64,000 bases of DNA, from NCBI GenBank assembly GCA_964016885.1, contig OZ024752.1, positions 16,678,001 to 16,742,000 of the forward strand. Direction: 5' to 3'. The notes beneath the pieces are model-generated. The model searched no databases. It was not told the origin of the DNA and saw only the letters and a list, made by a program, of their open reading frames with translations. The stretch comes from Eledone cirrhosa (taxonomy: Eukaryota). Below, piece by piece: positions 28,501-40,800 of the stretch. The position numbers and the translations under genes are program-made. Numbering within the stretch: the first letter of the stretch is position 1; each line of letters starts with the position of its first letter.

Positions 28501-31500
28501 ATGGGAAGGATCACTCTGATGTCAGCTGTGTGTGGTAGTCTGTTATGGGAAGGATCACTCTGATGTCAGCCGTGTGTGTTAGTCTGTAATGGGAAGGATC
28601 ACTCTGATGTCAGCCAAGTGTGGTAGTCTGTCTAGGGGAAGGATCACTCTGATGTCACCCGTGTGTGGTAGTCTGTTATGGGAAGGATCACTCTGATGTC
28701 AGCGTGTGTGGTAGTCTGTTATGGGAAGGATCACTCTGATGTCAGCCGCGTGTGGTAGTCTGTTATGGGAAGGATCACTCTGATGTCAGCCGTGTGTGGT
28801 AGTCTGTTATGGGAAGGATCATTCCGATGTCAGCCGTGTGTGGTAGTCTGTCTAGGGGAAGGATCACTCTGATGTCAGCCGTGTGTGGTAGTCTGTTATG
28901 GGAAGGATCACTCTGATGTCAGCTGTGTTTGGTAGTCTGTTATGGGAAGGATCACTCCGATGTCAGCCGTGTGTGGTAGTCTGTCTAGGGGAAGGATTAC
29001 TCTGATGTCAGCTGTGTGTGGTAGTCTGTTATGAGAAGGATCACTCTGATGTCAGCCGTGTGTGGTAGTCTGTTATGGGAAGGATCACTCTGATGTCAGC
29101 CGTGTGTGGTAGTCTGTTATGGGAAGGATCACTCTGATGTCAGCCAAGTGTGGTAGTATGTCTAGGGGAAGGATCACTCTGATGTCAGCCGTGTGTGGTA
29201 GTCTGTTATGGGAAGGATCATTCTGATGTCAGCTGTGTGTGGTAGTCTGTTATGGGAAGGATCACTCTGATGTCAGCAGTGTGTGGTAGTCTGTTATGGG
29301 AAGGATCACTCTGATGTCAGCCAAGTGTGGTAGTGTGTCTAGGGGAAGGATCACTCTGATGTCAGCCGTGTGTGGTAGTCTGTTATGGGAAGGATCACTC
29401 TGATGTCAGCGTGTGTGGTAGTCTGTTATGGGAAGGATCACTCTGATGTCAGCCAAGTGTGGTAGTCTGTCTAAGGGAAGGATCACTCTGATGTCAGCCG
29501 TGTGTGGTAGTCTGTTATGGGAAGGATCACTCTGATGTCAGCCGTGTGTGGTAGTCTGTTATGGGAAGGATCACTCCGATGTCAGCCGTGTGTGGTAGTC
29601 TGTCTAGGGGAAGGATAACTCTGATGTCAGCCGTGTGTGGTAGTCTGTCTAGGTGAAGGATCACTCTGATGTCAGCCAAGTGTGGTAGTCTGTCTAGGGG
29701 AAGGATCACTCTGATGTCAGCCGTGTGTGGTAGTCTGTTATGGGAAGGATCACTCTGATGTCAGCCGTGTGTGGTAGTCTGTCTAGGTGAAGGATCACTC
29801 TGATGTCAGTCGTGTATTGTAGTCTGTCTAGGTGAAGGATCACTCTGATGTCAGCCGTGTGTGGTAGTCTGTCTAAGGGAAGGATCACTCTGATGTCAGC
29901 GTGTGTGGTAGTCTGTCTAAGGGAAGGATCACTCTGATGTCAGCCGTGTGTGGTAGTCTGTCTAGGTGAAGGATCACTCTGATGTAAGCCGTGTGTGGTA
30001 GTCTGTCTAAGGGAAGTATCACTCTGATGTCAGTCATGTGTGGTAGTCTGTTATGGGAAGGATCACTCTGATGTCAGCCGTGTGTAGTAGTCTGTCTAGG
30101 GGAAGGATCACTCTGATGTCTGATGTCAGCCGTGTGTGGTAGTCTGTCTAGGGGAAGGATCACTCTGATGTCAGCTGTGTGTGGCAGTCTGTCTAGGGGA
30201 AGGATCACTCTGATGTCAGCCGTGTGTTGTAGTCTCTCTAGGGAAAGGATCACTCTGATATCAGCTGTGTGTGGTAGTCTGTCTAGGGGAAGGATCACTC
30301 TGATGTCAGCCGTGTCTGGTAGTCCGTCTAGGGGAAGGATCACTCTGATGTCAGCCATGTGTGGTAGTCTGTCTAGGGGAAGGATCACTCTGATGTCAGC
30401 CAAGTGTGGTAGTCTGTCTAGGGGAAGGATCACTCTGATGTCAGTCATGTGTGGTAGTCTGTCTAGGGGAAGGATCACTCTGATGTCAGCCGTGTGTGGT
30501 AGTCTGACGAGGGGAAGGATCACTCTGATGTCAGCCGTGTGTGGTAGTCTGTCTAGGGGAAGGATCACTCAGATGTCAGCCGTGTGTGGTAGTCTGTCTA
30601 AGGGAAGGATCACTCTGATGTCAGCCGTGTGTGGTAGTCGGTCTAGGGGAAGGATCACTCTGATGTCAGCCGTGTGTGGTAGTCTGTCTAGGGGAAGGTT
30701 CACTCTGATGGCAGCCGTGTGTGTTAGTCTGTCTAGGTGAAGGATCACTCTGATGTCAGCTGTGTGTGGTAGTCTGTCTAGGGGAAGGATCACTCTGATG
30801 TCAGCCATGTGTGGTAGTCTGTCTAGGGGAAGGATCACTCTGATGTCAGCCACGTGTGTTAGTCTGTCTAGGTGAAGGATCACTCTGATCTCAGCCGTGT
30901 GTGGTAGTCTGTTATGGGAAGGATCACTCTGATGTTAGCTGTGTGTGGTAGTCTGTTATGGGAAGGATCACTCTGATGTCAGCTGTGTGTGGTAGTCTGT
31001 TATGGGAAGGATCACTCTGATGTCAGCCGTGTGTGGTAGTCTGTAATGGGAAGGATCACTCTGATGTCAGCCAAGTGTGGTAGTCTGTCTAGGGGAAGGA
31101 TCACTCTGATGTCACCCGTGTGTGGTAGTCTGTTATGGGAAGGATCACTCTGATGTCAGCGTGTGTGGTAGTCTGTTATGGGAAGGATCACTCTGATGTC
31201 AGCCAAGTGTGGTAGTCTGTCTAGGGGAAGGATCACTCTGATGTCAGCCGCGTGTGGTAGTCTGTTATGGGAAGGATCACTCTGATGTCAGCCGTGTGTG
31301 GTAGTCTGTTATGGGAAGGATCACTCTGATGTCAGCCGTGTATGGTAGTCTGTTATGGGAAGGATCACTCTGATGTCAGCTGTGTGTGGTAGTCTGTTAT
31401 GGGAAGGATCACTCCGATGTCAGCCGTGTGTGGTAGTCTGTCTAGGTAAAGGATCACTCTGATGTCAGCCAAGTGTGGTAGTCTGTCTAGGGGAAGGATC

Positions 31501-34500
31501 ACTCTGATGTCATCCGTGTGTGGTAGTCTGTTATGGGAAGGATCACTCTGATGTCAGTCGTGTGTGGTAGTCTGTCTAGGTGAAGGATCACTCTGATGTC
31601 AGTCGTGTGTGGTAGTCTGTTATGGGAAGGATCACTCTGATATCAGCCGTGTGTGGTAGTCTGTCTAGGGGAAGGATCACTCTGATGTCAGCCAAGTGTG
31701 GTAGTCTGTCTAGGGGAAGGATCACTCTGATGTCAGCCGTGTGTGGTAGTCTGTTATGGGAAGGATCACTCTGATGTCAGCCGTGTGTGGTAGTCTGTTA
31801 TGGGGAAGGATCACTCTGATGTCAGCCGTGTGTGGTAGTCTGTCTAGGTGAAGGATCACTCTGATGTCAGCCGTGTGTGATAGTCTGTTATGGGAAGGAT
31901 CACTCTGATGTCAGCCAAGTGTGGTAGTCTGTCTAGGGGAAGGATCACTCCGATGTCAGCCGTGTGTGGTAGTCTGTTATGGGAAGGATCATTCTGATGT
32001 CAGCTGTGTGTGGTAGTCTTTTATGGGAAGGATCACTCTGATGTCAGCTGTGTGTGGTAGTCTGTTATGGGAAGGATCACTCTGATGTCAGCAGTGTGTG
32101 GTAGTCTGTTATGGGAAGGATCACTCTGATGTCAGCCAAGTGTGGTAGTGTGTCTAGAGGAAGGATCACTCTGATGTCAGCCGTGTGTGGTAGTCTGTTA
32201 TGGGAAGGATCACTCTGATGTCAGCGTGTGTGGTAGTCTGTTATGGGAAGGATCACTCTGATGTCAGCCAAGTGTGGTAGTCTGTCTAAGGGAAGGATCA
32301 CTCTGATGTCAGCCGTGTGTGGTAGTCTGTTATGGGAAGGATCACTCTGATGTCAGCCGTGTGTGGTAGTCTGTTATGGGAAGGATCATTCCGATGTCAG
32401 CCGTGTGTGGTAGTCTGTCTAGGGGAAGGATCACTCTGATGTCAGCCGTGTGTGGTAGTCTGTCTAGGTGAAGGATCACTCTGATGTCAGCCAAGTGTGG
32501 TAGTCTGTCTAGGGGAAGGATCACTCTGATGTCAGCCGTGTGTGGTAGCCTGTTATGGGAAGGATCACTCTGATGTCAGCCGTGTCTGGTAGTCTGACTA
32601 GGTGAAGGATCACTCTGATGTCAGTCGTGTATGGTAGTCTGTCTAGGTGAAGGATCACTCTGATGTCAGCCGTGTGTGGTAGTCTGTCTACGGGAAGGAT
32701 CACTCTGATGTCAGCGTGTGTGGTAGTCTGTCTAAGGGAAGGATCACTCTGATGTCAGCCGTGTGTGGTAGTCTGTCTAGGTGAAGGATCACTCTGATGT
32801 AAGCCGTGTGTGGTAGTCTCTCTAAGGGAAGTATCACTCTGATGTCAGTCATGTGTGGTAGTCTGTTATGGGAAGGATCACTCTGATGTCAGCCGTGTGC
32901 GGTAGTCTGTCTAGGGGAAGGATCACTCTGATGTTTGATGTCAGCCGTGTGTGGTAGTCTGTCTAGGGGAAGGATCACTCTGATGTCAGCTGTGTGTGGC
33001 AGTCTGTCTAGGGGAAGGATCACTCTGATGTCAGCCAAGTGTGGTAGTCTGTCTAGGGGAAGGATCACTCTGATGTCAGTCATGTGTGGTAGTCTGTCTA
33101 GGGGAAGGATCACTCTGATGTCAGCCGTGTGTGGTAGTCTGTCTAGGGGAAGGATCACTCTGATGTCAGCTGTGTGTGGTAGTCTGTCTAAGGGAAGGAT
33201 CACTCTGATGTCAGCCGTGTGTGGTAGTGTGTCTAGGGGAAGGATCACTCTGATGTCAGCTGTGTGTGGCAGTCTGTCTAGGGGAAGGATAACTCCGATG
33301 TCAGCCGTGTGTGGTAGTCTATCTAGGGGAAGAATCACTCTGATGTCAGCCGTGTGTGGTAGTCTGTCCAGGTGAAGGATCACTCTGATGTCAGCTGTGT
33401 GTGGCAGTCTGTCTAGGGGAAGGATCACTCTGATGTCAGCCGTGTGCGGTAGTCTGTCTAGGGGAAGGATCACTCTGATGTCAGCTGTGTGTGGCAGTCT
33501 GTCTAGGGGAAGGATCACTCTGATGTCAGCTGTGTGTGGTAGTCTGTCTAGGGGAAGGATCACTCTGATGTCAGTCATGTGTGGTAGTCTGTCTAGGGGA
33601 AGGATCACTCTGATGTCAGCTGTGTGTGGTAGTCTGTCTAGGGGAAGGATCACTCTGATGTCAGCTGTGTGTGGTAGTCTGTCTAGGGGAAGGATCACTC
33701 TGATGTCAGCTGTGTGTGGTAGTCTGTCTAGGGGAAGGATCACTCTGATGTCAGCTGTGTGTGGTAGTCTGTCTAGGGGAAGGACCACTCTGATGTCATG
33801 TGTGTGTTGTAGTCTGTCTCGGGGAAGAATCACTCTGATGTCAGTCGTGTGTGGTAGTCTGTCTAGGGGAAGGATCACTCTGATGTCAGCTGTGTGTGGC
33901 AGTCTGTCTAGGGGAAGGATCACTCTGATGTCAGCCGTGTGTGGTAGTCTGTCTAGGGGAAGGATCACTCAGATGTCAGCCGTGTGTGGTAGTCTGTCTA
34001 ACGGAAGGATCACTCTGATGTCAGCCGTGTGTGGTAGTCGGTCAAGGGGAAGGATCACTCTGATGTCAGCCGTGTGTGGTAGTCTGTCTAGGGGAAGGTT
34101 CACTCTGATGTCAGCCGTGTGTGGTAGTCTGTCTAGGTGAAGGATCACTCTGATGTCAGCCGTGTGTGGTAGTCTGTTATGGGAAGGATCACTCCGATGT
34201 CAGCCGTGTGTGGTAGTCTGTCTAGGGGAAGGATTACTCTGATGTCAGCTGTGTGTGGTAGTCTGTTATGAGAAGGATCACTCTGATGTCAGCCGTGTGT
34301 GGTAGTCTGTTATGGGAAGGATCATTCCGATGTCAGCCGTGTGTGGTAGTCTGTCTAGGGGAAGGATCACTCTGATGTCAGCCGTGTGTGGTAGTCTGTC
34401 TAGATGAAGGATCACTCTGATGTCAGCCAAGTGTGGTAGTCTGTCTAGGGGAAGGATCACTCTGATGTCAGCCGTGTGTGGTAGTCTGTTATGGGAAGGA

Positions 34501-34806
34501 TCACTCTGATGTCAGCCGTGTCTGGTAGTCTGACTAGGTGAAGGATCACTCTGATGTCAGTCGTGTATGGTAGTCTGTCTAGGTGAAGGTTCACTCTGAT
34601 GTCAGCCGTGTGTGGTAGTCTGTCTAAGGGAAGGATCACTCTGATGTCAGCGTGTGTGGTAGTCTGTCTAAGGGAAGGATCACTCTGATGTCAGCCGTGT
34701 GTGGTAGTCTGTCTAGGTGAAGGATCACTCTGATGTAAGCCGTGTGTGGTAGTCTGTCTAAGGGAAGTATCACTCTGATGTCAGTCATGTGTGGTAGTCT
34801 GTCTAG
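19508..34806. repeat. 15,299-bp tandem duplication, copy 2
   Basis: Same offsets as copy 1. About 8 single-base differences from copy 1 were noticed by eye, with no net indel. Confidence 0.95.
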
Positions 34807-37800
34807 GGGAAGGATCACTCTGATGTCAGCCGTGTGTGCTAGTCTGTCTAGGGGAAGGATCACTCTGATGTCAGCCGTGTGTGGTAGTCTGTCTAGGTGA
34901 CGGATCACACTGATGTCTGCCGTGTGTGGTAGTCTGTCTAGGGGAAGGATCACTCTGATGTCAGCCGTGTGTGGTAGTCTGTCTAGGTGAAGGATCACTC
35001 TGATGTCAGCCGTGTGTGGTAGTCTGTTATGGGAAGGATCACTCTGATGTCAGCCAAGTGTGGTAGTCTGTCTAGGGGAAGGATCACTCTGATGTCAGCC
35101 GTGTGTGGTAGTCTGTTATGGGAAGGATCATTCTGATGTCAGCTGTGTGTGGTAGTCTGTTATGGGAAGGATCACTCTGATATCAGCTGTGTGTGGTAGT
35201 CTGTTATGGGAAGGATCACTCTGATGTCAGCAGTGTGTGGTAGTCTGTTATGGGAAGGATCACTCTGATGTCAGCCAAGTGTGGTAGTGTGTCTAGAGGA
35301 AGGATCACTCTGATGTCAGCCGTGTGTGGTAGTCTGTTATGGGAAGGATCATTCCGATGTCAGCCGTGTGTGGTAGTCTGTCTAGGGGAAGGATCACTCT
35401 GATGTCAGCCGTGTGTGGTAGTCTGTCTAGGTGAAGGATCACTCTGATGTCAGCTGTGTGTGGTAGTCTGTCTAGGGGAAGGACCACTCTGATGTCATGT
35501 GTGTGTTGTAGTCTGTCTCGGGGAAGAATCACTCTGATGTCAGTCGTGTGTGGTAGTCTGTCTAGGGGAAGGATCACTCTGATGTCAGCTGTGTGTGGCA
35601 GTCTGTCTAGGGGAAGGATAACTCTGATGTCAGCCGTGTGTGGTAGTCTGTCTAGGGGAAGGATCACTCAGATGTCAGCCGTGTGTGGTAGTCTGTCTAA
35701 GGGAAGGATCACTCTGATGTCAGCCGTGTGTGGTAGTCGGTCTAGGGGAAGGATCACTCTGATGTCAGCCGTGTGTGGTAGTCTGTCTAGGGGAAGGTTC
35801 ACTCTGATGTCAGCCGTGTGTGGTAGTCTGTCTAGGTGAAGGATCACTCTGATGTCAGCCGTGTGTGGTAGTCTGTTATGGGAAGGATCACTCCGATGTC
35901 AGCCGTGTGTGGTAGTCTGTCTAGGGGAAGGATTACTCTGATGTCAGCTGTGTGTGGTAGTCTGTTATGAGAAGGATCACTCTGATGTCAGCCGTGTGTG
36001 GTAGTCTGTTATGGCAAGGATCATTCCGATGTCAGCCGTGTGTGGTAGTCTGTCTAGGGGAAGGATCACTCTGATGTCAGCCGTGTGTGGTAGTCTGTCT
36101 AGATGAAGGATCACTCTGATGTCAGCCAAGTGTGGTAGTCTGTCTAGGGGAAGGATCACTCTGATGTCAGCCGTGTGTGGTAGTCTGTTATGGGAAGGAT
36201 CACTCTGATGTCAGCCGTGTCTGGTAGTCTGACTAGGTGAAGGATCACTCTGATGTCAGTCGTGTATGGTAGTCTGTCTAGGTGAAGGATCACTCTGATG
36301 TCAGCCGTGTGTGGTAGTCTGTCTAAGGGAAGGATCACTCTGATGTCAGCGTGTGTGGTAGTCTGTCTAAGGGAAGGATCACTCTGATGTCAGCCGTGTG
36401 TGGTAGTCTGTCTAGGTGAAGGATCACTCTGATGTAAGCCGTGTGTGGTAGTCTGTCTAAGGGAAGTATCACTCTGATGTCAGTCATGTGTGGTAGTCTG
36501 TCTAGGGGAAGGATCACTCTGATGTCAGCCGTGTGTGCTAGTCTGTCTAGGGGAAGGATCACTCTGATGTCAGCCGTGTGTGGTAGTCTGTCTAGGTGAC
36601 GGATCACACTGATGTCTGCCGTGTGTGGTAGTCTGTCTAGGGGAAGGATCACTCTGATGTCAGCCGTGTGTGGTAGTCTGTCTAGGTGAAGGATCACTCT
36701 GATGTCAGCCGTGTGTGGTAGTCTGTTATGGGAAGGATCACTCTGATGTCAGCCAAGTGTGGTAGTCTGTCTAGGGGAAGGATCACTCTGATGTCAGCCG
36801 TGTGTGGTAGTCTGTTATGGGAAGGATCATTCTGATGTCAGCTGTGTGTGGTAGTCTGTTATGGGAAGGATCACTCTGATGTCAGCTGTGTGTGGTAGTC
36901 TGTTATGGGAAGGATCACTCTGATGTCAGCAGTGTGTGGTAGTCTGTTATGGGAAGGATCACTCTGATGTCAGCCAAGTGTGGTAGTGTGTCTAGAGGCA
37001 GGATCACTCTGATGTCAGCCGTGTGTGGTAGTCTGTTATGGGAAGGATCACTCTGATGTCAGCGTGTGTGGTAGTCTGTTATGGGATGGATCACTCTGAT
37101 GTCAGCCAAGTGTGGTAGTCTGTCTAAGGGAAGGATCACTCTGATGTCAGCCGTGTGTGGTAGTCTGTTATGGGAAGGATCACTCTGATGTCAGCCGTGT
37201 GTGGTAGTCTGTTATGGGAAGGATCATTCCGATGTCAGCCGTGTGTGGTAGTCTGTCTAGGGGAAGGATCACTCTGATGTCAGCCGTGTGTGGTAGTCTG
37301 TCTAGGTGAAGGATCACTCTGATGTCAGCCAAGTGTGGTAGTCTGTCTAGGGGAAGGATCACTCTGATGTCAGCCGTGTGTGGTAGCCTGTTATGGGAAG
37401 GATCACTCTGATGTCAGCCGTGTCTGGTAGTCTGACTAGGTGAAGGATCACTCTGATGTCAGTCGTGTATGGTAGTCTGTCTAGGTGAAGGATCACTCTG
37501 ATGTCAGCCGTGTGTGGTAGTCTGTCTAAGGGAAGGATCACTCTGATGTCAGCGTGTGTGGTAGTCTGTCTAAGGGAAGGATCACTCTGATGTCAGCCGT
37601 GTGTGGTAGTCTGTCTAGGTGAAGGATCACTCTGATGTAAGCCGTGTGTGGTAGTCTGTCTAAGGGAAGTATCACTCTGATGTCAGTCATGTGTGGTAGT
37701 CTGTTATGGGAAGGATCACTCTGATGTCAGCCGTGTGCGGTAGTCTGTCTAGGGGAAGGATCACTCTGATGTCTGATGTCAGCCGTGTGTGGTAGTCTGT

Positions 37801-40800
37801 CTAGGGGAAGGATCACTCTGATGTCAGCTGTGTGTGGCAGTCTGTCTAGGGGAAGGATCACTCTGATGTCAGTCATGTGTGGTAGTCTGTCTAGGGGAAG
37901 GATCACTCTGATGTCAGCCGTGTGTGGTAGTCTGTCTAGGGGAAGGATCACTCTGATGTCAGCTGTGTGTGGTAGTCTGTCTAAGGGAAGGATCACTCTG
38001 ATGTCAGCCGTGTGTGGTAGTGTGTCTAGGGGAAGGATCACTCTGATGTCAGCTGTGTGTGGCAGTCTGTCTAGGGGAAGGATAACTCCGATGTCAGCCG
38101 TGTGTGGTAGTCTGTCTAGGGGAAGAATCACTCTGATGTCAGCCGTGTGTGGTAGTCTGTCCAGGGGAAGGATCACTCTGATGTCAGCTGTGTGTGGCAG
38201 TCTGTCTAGGGGAAGGATCACTCTGATGTCAGCCGTGTGCGGTAGTCTGTCTAGGGGAAGGATCACTCTGATGTCAGCTGTGTGTGGCAGTCTGTCTAGG
38301 GGAAGGATCACTCTGATGTCAGCTGTGTGTGGTAGTCTGTCTAGGGGAAGGATCACTCTGATGTCAGTCATGTGTGGTAGTCTGTCTAGGGGAAGGATCA
38401 CTCTGATGTCAGCTGTGTGTGGTAGTCTGTCTAGGGGAAGGATCACTCTGATGTCAGCTGTGTGTGGTAGTCTGTCTAGGGGAAGGATCACTCTGATGTC
38501 AGCTGTGTGTGGTAGTCTGTCTAGGTGAAGGATCACTCTGATGTCAGCTGTGTGTGGTAGTCTGTCTAGGGGAAGGATCACTCTGATGTCAGCCGTGTGT
38601 GGTAGTCTGTTATGGGAAGGATCACTCTGATGTTAGCTGTGTGTGGTAGTCTGTTATGGGAAGGATCACTCTGATGTCAGCTGTGTGTGGTAGTCTGTTA
38701 TGGGAAGGATCACTCTGATGTCAGCCGTGTGTGGTAGTCTGTAATGGGAAGGATCACTCTGATGTCAGCCAAGTGTGGTAGTCTGTCTAGGGGAAGGATC
38801 ACTCTGATGTCACCCGTGTGTGGTAGTCTGTTATGGGAAGGATCACTCTGATGTCAGCGTGTGTGGTAGTCTGTTATGGGAAGGATCACTCTGATGTCAG
38901 CCGTGTGTGGTAGTCTGTTATGGGAAGGATCATTCCGATGTCAGCCGTGTGTGGTAGTCTGTCTAGGGGAAGGATCACTCTGATGTCAGCCGTGTGTGGT
39001 AGTCTGTCTAGGTTAAGGATCACTATGATGTCAGCCAAGTGTGGTAGTCTGTCTAGGGGAAGGATCACTCTGATGTCAGCCGTGTGTGGTAGTCTGTTAT
39101 GGGAAGGATCACTCTGGTCAGCTGTGTTTGGTAGTCTGTTATGGGAAGGATCACTCCGATGTCAGCCGTGTGTGGTAGTCTGTCTAGGGGAAGGATTACT
39201 CTGATGTCAGCTGTGTGTGGTAGTCTGTTATGGGAAGGATCACTCTGATGTCAGCCGTGTGTGGTAGTCTGTTATGGGAAGGATCACTCTGATGTCAGCC
39301 AAGTGTGGTAGTATGTCTAGGGGAAGGATCACTCTGATGTCAGCCGTGTGTGGTAGTCTGTTATGGGAAGGATCATTCTGATGTCAGCTGTGTGTGGTAG
39401 TCTGTTATGGGAAGGATCACTCTGATGTCAGCTGTGTGTGGTAGTCTGTTATGGGAAGGATCACTCTGATGTCAGCAGTGTGTGGTAGTCTGTTATGGGA
39501 AGGATCACTCTGATGTCAGCCAAGTGTGGTAGTGTGTCTAGGGGAAGGATCACTCTGATGTCAGCCGTGTGTGGTAGTCTGTTATGGGAAGGATCACTCT
39601 GATGTCAGCGTGTGTGGTAGTCTGTTATGGGAAGGATCACTCTGATGTCAGCCAAGTGTGGTAGTCTGTCTAAGGGAAGGATCACTCTGATGTCAGCCGT
39701 GTGTGGTAGTCTGTTATGGGAAGGATCACTCTGATGTCAGCCGTGTGTGGTAGTCTGTTATGGGAAGGATCACTCCGATGTCAGCCGTGTGTGGTAGTCT
39801 GTCTAGGGGAAGGATCACTCTGATGTCAGCCGTGTGTGGTAGTCTGTCTAGGTGAAGGATCACTCTGATGTCAGCCAAGTGTGGTAGTCTGTCTAGGGGA
39901 AGGATCACTCTGATGTCAGCCGTGTGTGGTAGTCTGTTATGGGAAGGATCACTCTGATGTCAGCCGTGTGTGGTAGTCTGTCTAGGTGAAGGATCACTCT
40001 GATGTCAGTCGTGTATGGTAGTCTGTCTAGGTGAAGGATCACTCTGATGTCAGCCGTGTGTGGTAGTCTGTCTAAGGGAAGGATCACTCTGATGTCAGCG
40101 TGTGTGGTAGTCTGTCTAAGGGAAGGATCACTCTGATGTCAGCCGTGTGTGGTAGTCTGTCTAGGTGAAGGATCACTCTGATGTAAGCCGTGTGTGGTAG
40201 TCTGTCTAAGGGAAGTATCACTCTGATGTCAGTCATGTGTGGTAGTCTGTTATGGGAAGGATCACTCTGATGTCAGCCGTGTGTAGTAGTCTGTCTAGGG
40301 GAAGGATCACTCTGATGTCTGATGTCAGCCGTGTGTGGTAGTCTGTCTAGGGGAAGGATCACTCTGATGACAGCTGTGTGTGGCAGTCTGTCTAGGGGAA
40401 GGATCACTCTGATGTCAGCCGTGTGTTGTAGTCTCTCTAGGGAAAGGATTACTCTGATATCAGCTGTGTGTGGTAGTCTGTCTAGGGGAAGGATCACTCT
40501 GATGTCAGCCGTGTCTGGTAGTCCGTCTAGGGGAAGGATCACTCTGATGTCAGCCATGTGTGGTAGTCTGTCTAGGGGAAGGATCACTCTGATGTCAGCC
40601 AAGTGTGGTAGTCTGTCTAGGGGAAGGATCACTCTGATGTCAGTCATGTGTGGTAGTCTGTCTAGGGGAAGGATCACTCTGATGTCAGCCGTGTGTGGTA
40701 GTCTGTCTAGGGGAAGGATCACTCTGATGTCAGCCGTGTGTGGTAGTCTGTCTAGGGGAAGGATCACTCAGATGTCAGCCGTGTGTGGTAGTCTGTCTAA

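Noticed and set aside
17888-33186. Middle HOR unit as a 2,588-bp deletion derivative of the 17,887-bp unit
   Set aside because: Shared private SNVs group 4,209-19,507 with 19,508-34,806, which favours a later tandem duplication.
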